A stretch of DNA of 64,000 nucleotides from NCBI GenBank assembly GCA_964461265.1, contig CAYWTS010000001.1, forward strand, positions 161,025-225,024, written 5' to 3'. Within the stretch, counting starts at the first letter, position 1; each line of letters begins with the position of its first letter. Positions 45,513-56,842 of this stretch are shown here, in pieces. The notes under the pieces were generated by a model that had not been told where the DNA came from, did no database searches, and saw nothing but the letters and a program-made list of their open reading frames with translations. Made by a program: the position numbers and the translations under genes. Source of the stretch: an uncultured Ignavibacteriales bacterium. GTDB lineage: Bacteria > Bacteroidota > Ignavibacteria > Tepidaquicellales > OLB5.

Positions 45513-47252
45513 ATGAAATATATTTCGTTATTATTATTAGCAGCTTTTTTATCTGTTACAACCATAAATTGCAGCAGAACAAACAAAACTCTTGCAGAAC
45601 TCGGTGATGAAAAAATCACTTTGGGAGAATTCGAAAAACAATATCTTAAAACAATTAATAATATAGATTCAGCACGTAATAAACCGATTGAAGATAAACG
45701 ACAGTTCCTGAATTTATACATTAATTTCAGGCTAAAAGTAAAAGATGCCCGTGAAAGAGGTCTTTTAAACAATGCTGAACTCCAGAAGGATATTGAAGAA
45801 TACAAAAAGAGCCTGGCTCCGAATTTCCTCATAGATAAAGAGGTAGTGGAAAAACAAATACAAACCCTCTATGAGAGGAAAAAATATGAAGTGCGGGCTT
45901 CACATATACTAATTAACCTTTCCGAAAAACCAACACCTGAAGATTCAATTGCTGCTTACCAGCGTGCTGACAGCATAATTCAAAAACTTAAAAACGGTGA
46001 AGATTTCGGAACGCTGGCTGAACAATATTCGATGGATAGGTCAGCCAAAACCAACAGGGGCGACCTCTATTATTTTACTGGAGGTGCTACAATACAGAAA
46101 TTTGAGGATGCTGTATATGATTTAAGTGTAGATGAATTTACTAAAACACCGGTCAGAACAATATACGGGCTACATATAATTAAATTGACCGATAAAAAAC
46201 CGCGTTCCGAATCTATAAGGGCATCGCATATTCTTATACAGGATAAAAGAGATTCTCTTGGCAGAATAACCGACTCACTTGTGACATACCAGCGCGCGCT
46301 CGAAGTATACAACAAAGCAAAAAATAAAGAAGACTGGAATTCTCTGGTTCAGCTCTATAGCGAGGACCCGGGAACTAAAAATACTGCCGGCGACCTTGGC
46401 TACTTTGACCGAAGAAGAATGGCTCAACCCTTCGATTCAGCTGTTTTCCTGCTTAGTGTTGGTGAAATTTCCGAACCCATCAGAACCCAATACGGGTGGC
46501 ATATTATTTATAAAACCGATGAAAAAAAATATCAAAGCTTCGATAAACAGGAAGAAACCCTTAAGAATGATTATAAAAGAAGTCCGCAGTACAAGGAAGA
46601 TTACAAAAAATATGTGGATGAGTTGAAAGAAAAATATCATTTCAAGCTTGATGACAACGGATATAATTATTTCAGAGCAAAATTCGATTCTGCCAAAACA
46701 ATAGCCGATTATAATATTGACAGCCTATTCCAGCAAACAGAAAGAGACAAACCCTTAGCATCATTCGATGGCGGAATTATTAATATACAGGATATTTTAA
46801 ACCATTTAAATGTTAACAGAGATTTCCAACGCTCCCAGTTAACTGCCCAAACTATAATTTCAATAATTAACTCGGCAGCCGAGAACCCGATACTTATTGC
46901 TGCTGCAGGGCAAAATAAAATTTTTGACGACGATGAATTTCAGAAATTAGTCCGTGAATACGAGAATGGGCTTCTTGTATTCAGGGTGGACCAGGATGAA
47001 CTTTGGTCAAAAGTTAAATTAACCGAGCAGGAAATTATCGCTTATTATGACCAGAACAAAGCAAAGTTTATGACCGTTGACTCGCTAGGGCAGCCGATTC
47101 CGAAACAGCTTGAACAAGTAAAAGCCGAAATATCGAACGAACTCCAGCAGCTGAAGTATAAAGAAACAGAAAAAAACTACCTGGAATCTTTAAAACAAAA
47201 ATACCCGGTTAAGATTTATGAAGACGTTCTGCTTATGGCTTACCAGGAATAA
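45513..47252 (+). CDS. Peptidyl-prolyl isomerase with two parvulin domains, probable lipoprotein
   Basis: Signal ending TINC, two RASHIL...GDL.YF...YG(L/W)HII domains. Confidence 0.92.
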   Translation: MKYISLLLLAAFLSVTTINCSRTNKTLAELGDEKITLGEFEKQYLKTINNIDSARNKPIEDKRQFLNLYINFRLKVKDARERGLLNNAELQKDIEEYKKSLAPNFLIDKEVVEKQIQTLYERKKYEVRASHILINLSEKPTPEDSIAAYQRADSIIQKLKNGEDFGTLAEQYSMDRSAKTNRGDLYYFTGGATIQKFEDAVYDLSVDEFTKTPVRTIYGLHIIKLTDKKPRSESIRASHILIQDKRDSLGRITDSLVTYQRALEVYNKAKNKEDWNSLVQLYSEDPGTKNTAGDLGYFDRRRMAQPFDSAVFLLSVGEISEPIRTQYGWHIIYKTDEKKYQSFDKQEETLKNDYKRSPQYKEDYKKYVDELKEKYHFKLDDNGYNYFRAKFDSAKTIADYNIDSLFQQTERDKPLASFDGGIINIQDILNHLNVNRDFQRSQLTAQTIISIINSAAENPILIAAAGQNKIFDDDEFQKLVREYENGLLVFRVDQDELWSKVKLTEQEIIAYYDQNKAKFMTVDSLGQPIPKQLEQVKAEISNELQQLKYKETEKNYLESLKQKYPVKIYEDVLLMAYQE

Positions 47253-47255
47253 AAT

Positions 47256-49139
47256 TTGCTGAAACAATATTTATTATCCAAATCGTGTGCTGAACCAGGG
47301 TTGAAAAAAAAGAAAGAAAAAATTATTTTTTTTTCTATTTTCAAACTAATTGTATTTTACATCTATTTACTAACAGAATTATTATCTGCTCAAATCCACA
47401 CCGCTTCTAATCCTGCTGATTCACTTAAATTATCATCAGTAAATAATCATAAGGAAGAAATATTAGCAACTATCGGTGATGAAAATATATTACTTGGCGA
47501 GTATGAAAATGAATTCCTAAAAACAATCACAGATACGGATTCATTAATAAAGCTAACACCTGAAAGTAAATTAAATTTTCTAAACCTCTATATTAATTAT
47601 AGAATAAAAGTAAAAGATGCACGTGAACGCGGGATATTAAACGATTCTGTTATAGCCGGTGATATTAAAGAATTTAAGAAAATTATTCTGCCCCAAATAT
47701 TAATTAAAAGGTACCTTGAAGAAACGGTTATTAAACAGATATACGAAAGAAGTAAATACGAAGTAAGGGCATCGCATATTATGTTAAATCTTTCGCCAAA
47801 TCCGACACCACAAGATTCCATAAATGTCTATCTGACCTGCGACACAATTATTCAGAGATTAAATAACGGGGAAGATTTCGGTGAACTTGCATTACAATAT
47901 TCACAGGATAATTTTACACGTATATATAAAGGAGACCTTTATTATTTTACTGCAGGTATGACTATTAAAAGTTTTGAAGACGCTGTTTATAATTTAAATA
48001 CAGGTGAATTTACACTATACCCAGTCAGAACAGAGTTTGGTTTACATTTTGTTAAGTTATATGAAAAGCACCCTCGTCTGAAATCAGTCAGAGTATCGCA
48101 CATTTTAATTGAATACAAACGTGATTCATTGGGTAATATTACTGACTCTCTTAGAACATATGAACATGCAAAAGACATATATAATAAAGCATTCACAGGA
48201 ACAGACTGGGACTCTTTAGTTATTGAATATTCCAATGACTTATTTACAAAATCAAAATGCGGTGACATTGGATATTTTGATAGAAGAACAATGGACAGAG
48301 CATTCGACTCCGCTGCCTTTTCTTTAAAGTTAAATCAAATCTCCGAACCAGTAGCAACTCAGTATGGCTGGCACATAATTAAAAAAACTGGTGAAAAACA
48401 ATACGGAAGTTATAAAGAACAAAAAGAAGAACTTATTACAAATTATAAAAAATCTCAGGCTTATGCTGAAGACTACAGGAAATATATAGAATTTATAAAA
48501 CAAAAATTCAACTTTACGCTTACAAGCGAAGGTTTTGACTATCTCAGATCTATACTTGACTCCTCTAAAATGTTGCAGGAATATGACCTTTATAAACTAA
48601 TTCCGGAAAGCAAAAACCAATTACCTATTGCATATTTTGCTGACAACATAAATGAAGTTGAAACAATTAAGCTTTCCGATCTATTAAAGTATTTAGACAA
48701 TAACAGGGAGTTCGGATACCAAAAATTGAGTAACAATACATTAAACAATATAATTAATTCGGTATCCGAAAATATTCTTTTGATACAAGAGGCAGAAAGT
48801 TCTAATATCAAGGATGATCCTGAGTTTATTGAAAAAATCAAAAGTTATGAAAATGGCATTCTTGTTTATAAAATCGACCAGGATGAAATATGGAGTAATG
48901 TTAAAATTAATGAAACTGATATAAAAACATATTTTGAAAACAACAAAAAAAAATTTACTATACAGGATACAAGCGGGAAACCTTTTACAAAGCCTTTTGA
49001 AAGTGTAAAATCCGAAATCGGAAATATACTTCAGCAGATGAAATTCAGGGATATTGAAAGTAAATACACAGAAGCTCTAAAACAAAAATATCCTGTTGCT
49101 ATTTACGAAGAAGTCTTATTAAAAGCATTTAAAAATTAG
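47256..49139 (+). CDS. Tandem paralogue of the two-parvulin PPIase
   Basis: Collinear with the previous ORF (LNLYIN.R.KVKDARERG, RASHI, VSHIL, QYGWHII, LKQKYPV.IYE.VL). TTG start, signal ending LLSAQ. Confidence 0.9.
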   Translation: MLKQYLLSKSCAEPGLKKKKEKIIFFSIFKLIVFYIYLLTELLSAQIHTASNPADSLKLSSVNNHKEEILATIGDENILLGEYENEFLKTITDTDSLIKLTPESKLNFLNLYINYRIKVKDARERGILNDSVIAGDIKEFKKIILPQILIKRYLEETVIKQIYERSKYEVRASHIMLNLSPNPTPQDSINVYLTCDTIIQRLNNGEDFGELALQYSQDNFTRIYKGDLYYFTAGMTIKSFEDAVYNLNTGEFTLYPVRTEFGLHFVKLYEKHPRLKSVRVSHILIEYKRDSLGNITDSLRTYEHAKDIYNKAFTGTDWDSLVIEYSNDLFTKSKCGDIGYFDRRTMDRAFDSAAFSLKLNQISEPVATQYGWHIIKKTGEKQYGSYKEQKEELITNYKKSQAYAEDYRKYIEFIKQKFNFTLTSEGFDYLRSILDSSKMLQEYDLYKLIPESKNQLPIAYFADNINEVETIKLSDLLKYLDNNREFGYQKLSNNTLNNIINSVSENILLIQEAESSNIKDDPEFIEKIKSYENGILVYKIDQDEIWSNVKINETDIKTYFENNKKKFTIQDTSGKPFTKPFESVKSEIGNILQQMKFRDIESKYTEALKQKYPVAIYEEVLLKAFKN

Positions 49140-49192
49140 TTTAACAGTCCGCTTTATACCTTCTTACTCTCAGGCGGGCGGAGGAAAAATAA

Positions 49193-50482
49193 TTGAAACA
49201 CATATTATTTATTATTTTCATATTTTTTAAAATTGTTGCTTTCCACAACATACCTTTATCAGCACAGCAGGAAGGTGACCGTGTTCTTGCAATTGTAGGC
49301 AATGACATTATACTTGAATCTGATCTTAGCAATAAGCTATATATATATGCAAGCCAGAACAAGCTAAAGGAAATAAACGAACATGTAATACAAACTGTAT
49401 TTCAGAATCTCCTTGCGGAAAAATTAATACTCGCCAAAGCAGAGCAGGACAGCATAGAAGTAACCGAAGATGAGATAAATAAACAATTGGATTACAGGAT
49501 ACAATCACTCATTCAGCAGTACGGTTCCGAAAAGAATCTTGAAGAGATGTACGGGTTGACTATCAACAATATAAAATCCTATTTAAAAGTAGATATAACC
49601 AAACAGATTAAGATAGAACGTTTAAAGAGGCAGAAATTCGGCGAAGGGATAAAATTAAGCAGGAACGATGTAATAAAATTTTATAATGACTATAAAGATT
49701 CAATACCCGATATCCCGGAAACATTTGAACTCTATCAAATAGCAAAGAAAGTTCCTCTTCCCGATGAAGCCAAGCTTTTAGCAAAAGTAAAAGCCCAGAA
49801 TATTTTAGACAGCATCAAGTTTGGTGCCGATTTTTCACTCATGGCAAAAACACATTCCGATGATTCAGCTTCGGCAGCTAATGGCGGTGATCTTGGCAAA
49901 GTGAAAAAGGGTTCTTTTGTAAAAGAATTCGAAGATGCTGCCTATTTACTGGAAGCGGGACAGGTTTCTGAACTTGTAGAAACAAAGTTCGGTTACCACA
50001 TTATCAAGCTTATTGAAAAATCGGGTAACCAGATCAGAGCTGCCCATATTCTGATTCAATTCCCTCATCTGGAATCAGCGGATTTTGAAACAATAAATTT
50101 TCTTAAAGATATAAAATCACAGGCAACAAATAACGAAAAACTATTCAAGGAATTTGCATACAAATATTCGGATGATCAAACCAGCGTAGCGGACAGTGGC
50201 TATATCGGAAAAATTTCTCTCAACAATCTCGACTCAAACGAGATAACTGCTATTAAAGACCTTAAACCCGGTGAAATCTCGAACCCGATAATGATTGGCA
50301 CCAGTGTCGATTATGCATATCATATCTTTATGCTTATCAACCGCTACCCGGAACACAAAGCCGAATTAAAAACCGATTACGAAATTATAGAAAAAATGGC
50401 TCAAAATTACAAAGAATCGAAAGAGCTAAATGCGTGGCTTGAGGAACTGAAAAAAACGATATACGTTGAAATAAAACAGTAA
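49193..50482 (+). CDS. surA: SurA-type periplasmic chaperone/PPIase
   Basis: DRVLAIVGNDIILESD SurA N-domain, parvulin domains (GGDLG, FGYHII) and a C-terminal LKKTIYVE. TTG start with GGAGG. Confidence 0.88.
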   Translation: MKHILFIIFIFFKIVAFHNIPLSAQQEGDRVLAIVGNDIILESDLSNKLYIYASQNKLKEINEHVIQTVFQNLLAEKLILAKAEQDSIEVTEDEINKQLDYRIQSLIQQYGSEKNLEEMYGLTINNIKSYLKVDITKQIKIERLKRQKFGEGIKLSRNDVIKFYNDYKDSIPDIPETFELYQIAKKVPLPDEAKLLAKVKAQNILDSIKFGADFSLMAKTHSDDSASAANGGDLGKVKKGSFVKEFEDAAYLLEAGQVSELVETKFGYHIIKLIEKSGNQIRAAHILIQFPHLESADFETINFLKDIKSQATNNEKLFKEFAYKYSDDQTSVADSGYIGKISLNNLDSNEITAIKDLKPGEISNPIMIGTSVDYAYHIFMLINRYPEHKAELKTDYEIIEKMAQNYKESKELNAWLEELKKTIYVEIKQ

Positions 50483-50544
50483 CCACTCATATTATGATAC
50501 TTTTTTACTAATTCAATTTTAACAATATAATTGGTAATTAATAA

Positions 50545-52701
50545 TTGTTATCATCGCGTTATTCTATACTTTTTCTGTTGTTGTTCGCTTTCATTTCTGC
50601 TTTTGCCGGTTACTTAACATACCGGAAAAGCACTTTACCGAATTTTACTAAAACAATTCTTATTGTAATCAGGTCTTTAATACTATTTATAATTATTTCA
50701 CTGTTCATCGAGCCTGTATTATTTGCAATTATTGATAAGAAAAATGCAAGTTACAATATCGTAATTGCAGATTTCTCACGAAGCAATAACCTGCCCGGGA
50801 TATATGGTCTTAAATCGGATGAAATAGCAAATGTACTGAATGAAAATTTTAAAAGCAGTTCAAAGAATATTACATTTTTTACATTACCCGATACATCTTT
50901 AACCGCAGATTCCAGGACTGAAATTACCCCTTATGCTGTAATACCGGAATCACTTATAACCGACGGTTATAAGACGGATCCAACCGAAGTACTAAAAGCA
51001 ATTACAGATAAAATTCATGCAGATGATATTAATACATTCACATTAATTACAGATGGTAATTTTAATTATGGTTACAAGCCAGTTGGTTTAGCGCGGAAAC
51101 TTAATATACCGTTTATAACTGTTGGTATCGGTGATACAGTTCAGAAAAATGATCTTGTACTTGACAGGGTACTGTATAATCAAAAAGCTTTTACTGGGGT
51201 ACGCAATAAGTTAATTGCTGAACTAAGTGCCTATAATTTTAATGACGGCAATATTAAAGTTCAGCTATTAAGAGAAGGTCAGTATCATTCAGATAAAATA
51301 ATTACTCTTATAAAGGGTCAAACAACTTATAAAGCCGAATTCGAAATCTCAGAACATCAAGCCTCCACCATAAAATACAGACTATCTGTTGAAAACAAGC
51401 CTGGTGAAATAACTTTTAAAAACAACTATGAAGATTTTCTTATCGAATATCTAGATAATAAGGTAAAACTACTTTTTATCAGCGGGTCCCCCAGTTATGA
51501 TAATGCGTTTATCTCAGATGTTTTAAGAAGAGCAAGCAACTATGAAGTAATTTTCAAAACACAAAAAAATAACAATGATTTCTACGAAGGACATATTGAG
51601 GATAACATTTACCTGAACCTATCAGCAGTCTTTTTTCTGAATTTCCCTGCATTGAATACTTCTACCGATTTATTTAACAGTATCTCCGATAAAATAAAAC
51701 ATTATAAAATACCATTGATATTTTTTTCAGGTCAGAACAGTGACTACTCAAAACTCCGCTCACTTCAGGAATTCCTGCCTTTTAATACGATTCAAAATAT
51801 CAACATTATAAACACAAATGATAATATTGTACCTGTAAAGCTATCTGCTATTTCGTTAGACGAAAATATTTTTCTGAATTCTTTAAAAGATATCAGTAAA
51901 GCTCCCCTATTATCAAAAAACACCAGAGGAATATTACAATCATCCCAAAGTTCGGTTCATTTTATTGATAAACTCACCGGTGAACCTATACTTATTACAA
52001 AATATTCCGATGTTTACAATTCATCAGCCTTTTTGGCTTACGGATTATGGAAGTGGCGGTTGAACAGTGAAGAAAGTTACGAAAGTTTAGCGGAAAATCT
52101 AATCATTACAATAACCAACAACACATTAATTAAAACAAAAAATAATAAGATTAAAATCCTATCGAAAGAATTTTTTGATGTTAATGAAAAACCATATATT
52201 GTTATTGAGGTCTATGATGAAAAAGGCAATAGAACAGTTACAGCTGATGTAAAAGGTTCACTAACTGGGATGAAATACCGTATAAATACAAAATTAAAAT
52301 TTACTGCTGAAGAAGGAAGATATAAATGTCAAGTTAACCGGTTACCTGCTGATGATTATGAACTCTTTTTAGAGGCAGAATTAAATGGCATAACATATTC
52401 AACAGTTACTCAAAGAATAATAATAGACACTTTAAATACAGAGTATAAAATAACAAAAAGTAATTTCGATAATCTAAGGGAACTAGCCGGTAACACAAAC
52501 GGTACTTTTATTAAATATGAAAAAGGAAAAAATATTAGTAATTTGATAGACAGCTTAAATAATCTGCCAGAAAGGCTTCAACAAAATAACCATAAAATGA
52601 TTATTAGAGACAATTTCTGGCAAAATAAATATGTATTACTTTTTACTATATTTTTTTTAACGATAGAATGGATTTTTAGAAAAAGAAATAACCTACCATA
52701 A
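50545..52701 (+). CDS. Membrane-anchored vWA-domain protein
   Basis: Two N-terminal TM helices, MIDAS-like DFSRS and LITDG, and a C-terminal TM ending EWIFRK. Confidence 0.8.
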   Translation: MLSSRYSILFLLLFAFISAFAGYLTYRKSTLPNFTKTILIVIRSLILFIIISLFIEPVLFAIIDKKNASYNIVIADFSRSNNLPGIYGLKSDEIANVLNENFKSSSKNITFFTLPDTSLTADSRTEITPYAVIPESLITDGYKTDPTEVLKAITDKIHADDINTFTLITDGNFNYGYKPVGLARKLNIPFITVGIGDTVQKNDLVLDRVLYNQKAFTGVRNKLIAELSAYNFNDGNIKVQLLREGQYHSDKIITLIKGQTTYKAEFEISEHQASTIKYRLSVENKPGEITFKNNYEDFLIEYLDNKVKLLFISGSPSYDNAFISDVLRRASNYEVIFKTQKNNNDFYEGHIEDNIYLNLSAVFFLNFPALNTSTDLFNSISDKIKHYKIPLIFFSGQNSDYSKLRSLQEFLPFNTIQNINIINTNDNIVPVKLSAISLDENIFLNSLKDISKAPLLSKNTRGILQSSQSSVHFIDKLTGEPILITKYSDVYNSSAFLAYGLWKWRLNSEESYESLAENLIITITNNTLIKTKNNKIKILSKEFFDVNEKPYIVIEVYDEKGNRTVTADVKGSLTGMKYRINTKLKFTAEEGRYKCQVNRLPADDYELFLEAELNGITYSTVTQRIIIDTLNTEYKITKSNFDNLRELAGNTNGTFIKYEKGKNISNLIDSLNNLPERLQQNNHKMIIRDNFWQNKYVLLFTIFFLTIEWIFRKRNNLP

Positions 52702-52834
52702 TATTATACATTTACTTTTTATATTATAATAAGATGTTCTTATACTAAACCTGACCAATGTCATATTATAGGCAAATAAATTTTATTTTATATTATAAGT
52801 TTTTATATTTAATAAACAAAAGAAAGGAATATTA

Positions 52835-53191
52835 ATGCCCTGGGTAATAACTAAACTATGTATAGATTGTAAAGACACGGAATGTGCGGAAGTTTGCCCT
52901 GTTGATTGTATTTATGAATTAACAGTTGACGATCCTGAGTTTACAAAAACACAGTTATATATACATCCAACCGAATGTATCGATTGCGCAGCTTGTGAAC
53001 CTGCATGTCCGTGGCAGGCAATTTTCGAAGATTCTCAGGTACCACCAATCTTTCAGGAAGATATTGAACGCAATAAAAAAGTTTTCGATAAACATCCGCC
53101 CGAACATTTTACAACAGATGTAACACCAATTAAAAAGGGACCTAGCCCCGAAGAAATCGAAGAAAACAAACGTAAATGGGGCTACACCTGA
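52835..53191 (+). CDS. 7Fe-type ferredoxin (Azotobacter FdI/FdxA-like)
   Basis: CIDCKDTECAEVCPVDCIY and CIDCAACEPACP. Confidence 0.93.
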   Translation: MPWVITKLCIDCKDTECAEVCPVDCIYELTVDDPEFTKTQLYIHPTECIDCAACEPACPWQAIFEDSQVPPIFQEDIERNKKVFDKHPPEHFTTDVTPIKKGPSPEEIEENKRKWGYT

Positions 53192-53211
53192 TTTCTAGTT
53201 TGAACTTAGAT

Positions 53212-53242
53212 AAAAAGTCCCCGCTGTAATTTGGGGACTTTT
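53212..53242. terminator. Intrinsic terminator after the ferredoxin gene
   Basis: aaaaagtcccc...ggggactttt. Confidence 0.85.
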
Positions 53243-53298
53243 ATATTTATAATTCAATATTTACACCAGCCTAAAACAGGCGGTTTAAAAATCTGATT

Positions 53299-56200
53299 TT
53301 GATTATACAAACAAGAATCATACCACCTCGCATTCCTCAGAATATTATTCATAGGAATGAACTTATAGGTTTATTAAACAAGAATATTGGCATACAACTC
53401 TTACTTATTTCTTCGCCGGCCGGGTATGGTAAAACTACACTGGTTCAGGATTTCCTTAACAACACAAGACACAGATACTGCTGGCTTCACATAACATCTG
53501 ACCTAAATAATATTTTCACATTTACTTCATACCTGATTCATTCTTTAAATAAAGTAAATAGTAAGTTTGGAAAAGATACTCTGGCTCTTCTGCTCTCTCT
53601 GCAGGAAGAATTTGTAAATCAGGATATACATTCAAAGGTAATTCAGTTAATGGGCAGTATAATTAATGAATTACTGAACTCTTTTGAAGATACTCTGTTC
53701 ATCGTACTTGATGACCTTCATATAATCTGTGATTCAGAATGGTTCGAATCAGCTATTTCGGCATTAATATATGATCTTCCGCAAAATATTCATGTCATCG
53801 TCACAAGCAGATATCCTGCGGTGGGAGGTTTACCGGGTTTTTCAAGTTTAAAAGCTAAAGGATACGTATTTGAGCTTAGTGCGAATGAACTCTCATTTAA
53901 ACAAAACGAGATTTATGGACTTTTAGAGAAGGTTTACTCATATAAAAAAATAGATGAAAACCTGATTAACTTCCTTAACAATTTTAAAGGCTGGATTACA
54001 GGGATACATTTATTCCTGCTTCACTGGACTCCACTCTCACAATCGTTTCAAAAACTTCCGGATAACATTGTAGGTATCAGTGAAGCAAAATTATCAAATG
54101 AGCTATATGATTACTTTGCCAACGAGATATTTAAAAATATTAATCCTGACATTCAAAATTTTCTTTTGAATACATCATTACTTAGCAATTTTGACGAAGA
54201 AGTCTGTAATAATATCCTCGGAATAGATAACAGTTCGGAATTATTAAATGAATTGTTAAATAAGAACATATTTATAGAAGCCAAAGAGAATGAGACCGGG
54301 AAATTGATATATAACTTTCAACCACTTTTCAGTGTGTTTCTGAATAAAAAGGCGACTGAATTGCTTGGTAAAAAACATCTCGTTAAAATACTTTTAAAAG
54401 TATCCGAATACTACGAAATTAAGAATGAACCTTTAAATGTAATCGAATATTCCCTTAAAGGTAAAGATTGGGATAAAGTTTTATATAGTATTTATGTCAT
54501 GCTACCGGTATTAATTCAGGATTCCCAGTTCGAGTTAATTCACAGATGGTTAAATGAAATTAATGCTCCCGACTCCGGTCAGAGTACTAACTCCTGGAGC
54601 GGGCAATACCAGGAAGGAATATATCGTTATCTTAAAGCTGTTGTAGAGAGGTATTATACCGGTGATGCACAAACAGCTTTAGAAGAAATTTATAAAGCCG
54701 ATGAAATAATTTCTAAAACAATTGAAACACCCCTAAGACAATCAAAACCTTGGATTAAGCTAAAAGATTTAAAAGCGAAATGTGACTTGCTTGAAATAGA
54801 GCTTTTATTAAAACTAGGCAGAATTGATGCTGCTATTGAAAAAATTAATAATAATTTGCAAGTCTTTACACATAGAACTGCTGTAAGTGAAACATCATAT
54901 AAAAAAGAGCAAACAGATAAAGCACTAACATTAGAAGCAAGATATTTTTACCTTTTAGGCTATGCTTACCATAATAAATCTGAATTCACAAATGCCGAAA
55001 AATACTTAAATTTAGCCGCTGAATTATCAATTAAACAGAACAATACAGATCTATTGTATGATACATATAATATTTTAGGAAACGTATTTTTAAAAAAAGG
55101 TGATTTTATAAAAGCAATTCATTATTATGAGCTTACCTTGTTAAAAAGCAGAAACTTATTTAACAAGTTTACAGTATTATCGAACTTATCTATTCTTTAT
55201 GCAAGGTCTTATAAAGCAAAGGAATCACAAAGGTATTTTTATGAAGCTGAAACACTTTATAACTCCCTCCATACTCCTGTTTCAAAAGGACTTAATACTG
55301 CATTCCTGATGCTGAAATATGCACTTCACTTTGAATTTATGGACTGGGAATCGGCATTGCAAATTGCTAAGGAAATTCATGAATCTGCCACTAAAAACAA
55401 CGATATTATGAATATTTATTTAAGTCTTATTTTTATTGGCGAATGTTACTATTATCTTGACATGATAGAACACGCAAAACAATATTACATGTTAGCAGCT
55501 AAGTATTGTGATATGGAATCATACTCAGACAGGATTTATAACGATTTTCTGCACGGTTTAATTGCAAAAAAAGAAGGTTTGTATAAAAAAATTGAGGATA
55601 ATTTTTTAAACGCATACGCTTTCTATGACAGCGAGGAAAGCCACTACGATAAATCGATTACATCGTTTCATACTGCTGACCTTTACCTTAAAATGAACAA
55701 AAAAGATTCAGCATTACATTATCTCAAAACTACTCTTAATATATGCTCACAAAAAGATAATATATCATTCCTGATTCGTGAATATTTTATGGATAAGAGT
55801 TTATTTGACTTTGCTATTGAAAATAAAATAGATATTTCCTTTGTAGGGCAAATAGCTTCTCTTGCTTTTGGCTCCGCTGAAGCAGAAGACAATGCGGTTC
55901 GTCAGGATGTGTTTTTCGTTTCTGAAGAATCAAGATTGAGGTTACAGGAAAGAATTTTAAATTCATATGATTTAATTATCAGGTTATTCGACGAACCTGA
56001 GATTATAGTCAGGGGTAAAAAAATAACGGATGATAAATGGAACCGTAAAAAACGCAAATTAATTTTTTTATACATCGCCCTTAACCATAATAAGATAATT
56101 ACTAAGGATAAGCTTGTAGATATGTTCTTTACAGACACACCAGCTGAGAGTATCGATAACCAGTTCCATCAAGCAATGTCAAATATCAGGTCTGCCATCA

Positions 56201-56778
56201 AAGCTACAACTGCTGCTGACTTATCAGTGAAACAAGGCAGCAAAGCCAAAAAGTCAAGCGATGGCTTTTTAAAGTCAGTCCCTAGTTTTTTAACATATGA
56301 AGATAAAATTATTAGATTAAATCCGGCATATACCTATTTTATTGACGTATTAGAATTTGAGAAATATTATAATAGGTATTTATCGGCAAGCACAGATGCA
56401 GATACAAAAATATCTTGTGCTGAAAAAGCGATTATGCTTTACAGAGGAGATTTTATGTCAGGCTGTTACGATACATGGTGTGAAGATTTAAGAACAGATT
56501 ATAAAAATAAAATTATTAAATTGTTAAATAGTGCAAGTTTGCTTACGATTGAAAATAATAAGGAAAAAGCATTAATTTTTTTACACAAATTGCTGGCTAT
56601 AGATAAGCTAAACGAAGATGCTTTTCTCAATTTAATTACACTGCTTGTTAAACTAAACCGGCATGAAGAGGCAGTTTCAGCTATTCACAAATTTAAACAG
56701 GATTATAAAAATGATATGGATGAGGATCCGCCGGCAGACTTGGTTAGTAAAATAACCAAACAGCTTAAGAAAGAATAA
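53299..56778 (+). CDS. MalT-like STAND ATPase-TPR regulator with a C-terminal wHTH + BTAD domain (paralogue 1)
   Basis: SPAGYGKTT, IVLDDLH, TSR, GWITGIHL, TPRs, RKKRKLIFLYIAL...HQAMSNIR and LYRGDFM...WCEDLR. Confidence 0.88.
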   Translation: MIIQTRIIPPRIPQNIIHRNELIGLLNKNIGIQLLLISSPAGYGKTTLVQDFLNNTRHRYCWLHITSDLNNIFTFTSYLIHSLNKVNSKFGKDTLALLLSLQEEFVNQDIHSKVIQLMGSIINELLNSFEDTLFIVLDDLHIICDSEWFESAISALIYDLPQNIHVIVTSRYPAVGGLPGFSSLKAKGYVFELSANELSFKQNEIYGLLEKVYSYKKIDENLINFLNNFKGWITGIHLFLLHWTPLSQSFQKLPDNIVGISEAKLSNELYDYFANEIFKNINPDIQNFLLNTSLLSNFDEEVCNNILGIDNSSELLNELLNKNIFIEAKENETGKLIYNFQPLFSVFLNKKATELLGKKHLVKILLKVSEYYEIKNEPLNVIEYSLKGKDWDKVLYSIYVMLPVLIQDSQFELIHRWLNEINAPDSGQSTNSWSGQYQEGIYRYLKAVVERYYTGDAQTALEEIYKADEIISKTIETPLRQSKPWIKLKDLKAKCDLLEIELLLKLGRIDAAIEKINNNLQVFTHRTAVSETSYKKEQTDKALTLEARYFYLLGYAYHNKSEFTNAEKYLNLAAELSIKQNNTDLLYDTYNILGNVFLKKGDFIKAIHYYELTLLKSRNLFNKFTVLSNLSILYARSYKAKESQRYFYEAETLYNSLHTPVSKGLNTAFLMLKYALHFEFMDWESALQIAKEIHESATKNNDIMNIYLSLIFIGECYYYLDMIEHAKQYYMLAAKYCDMESYSDRIYNDFLHGLIAKKEGLYKKIEDNFLNAYAFYDSEESHYDKSITSFHTADLYLKMNKKDSALHYLKTTLNICSQKDNISFLIREYFMDKSLFDFAIENKIDISFVGQIASLAFGSAEAEDNAVRQDVFFVSEESRLRLQERILNSYDLIIRLFDEPEIIVRGKKITDDKWNRKKRKLIFLYIALNHNKIITKDKLVDMFFTDTPAESIDNQFHQAMSNIRSAIKATTAADLSVKQGSKAKKSSDGFLKSVPSFLTYEDKIIRLNPAYTYFIDVLEFEKYYNRYLSASTDADTKISCAEKAIMLYRGDFMSGCYDTWCEDLRTDYKNKIIKLLNSASLLTIENNKEKALIFLHKLLAIDKLNEDAFLNLITLLVKLNRHEEAVSAIHKFKQDYKNDMDEDPPADLVSKITKQLKKE

Positions 56779-56842
56779 CCTGTAATCTTGCTGAACAGTC
56801 AACAGGCTACGTGTTCAGTAAAAAAAATTACAATTGAAAATT

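Noticed and set aside
52835-53298. Ferredoxin as an operon partner of the STAND pair
   Set aside because: A strong intrinsic terminator at 53212-53242 separates them.
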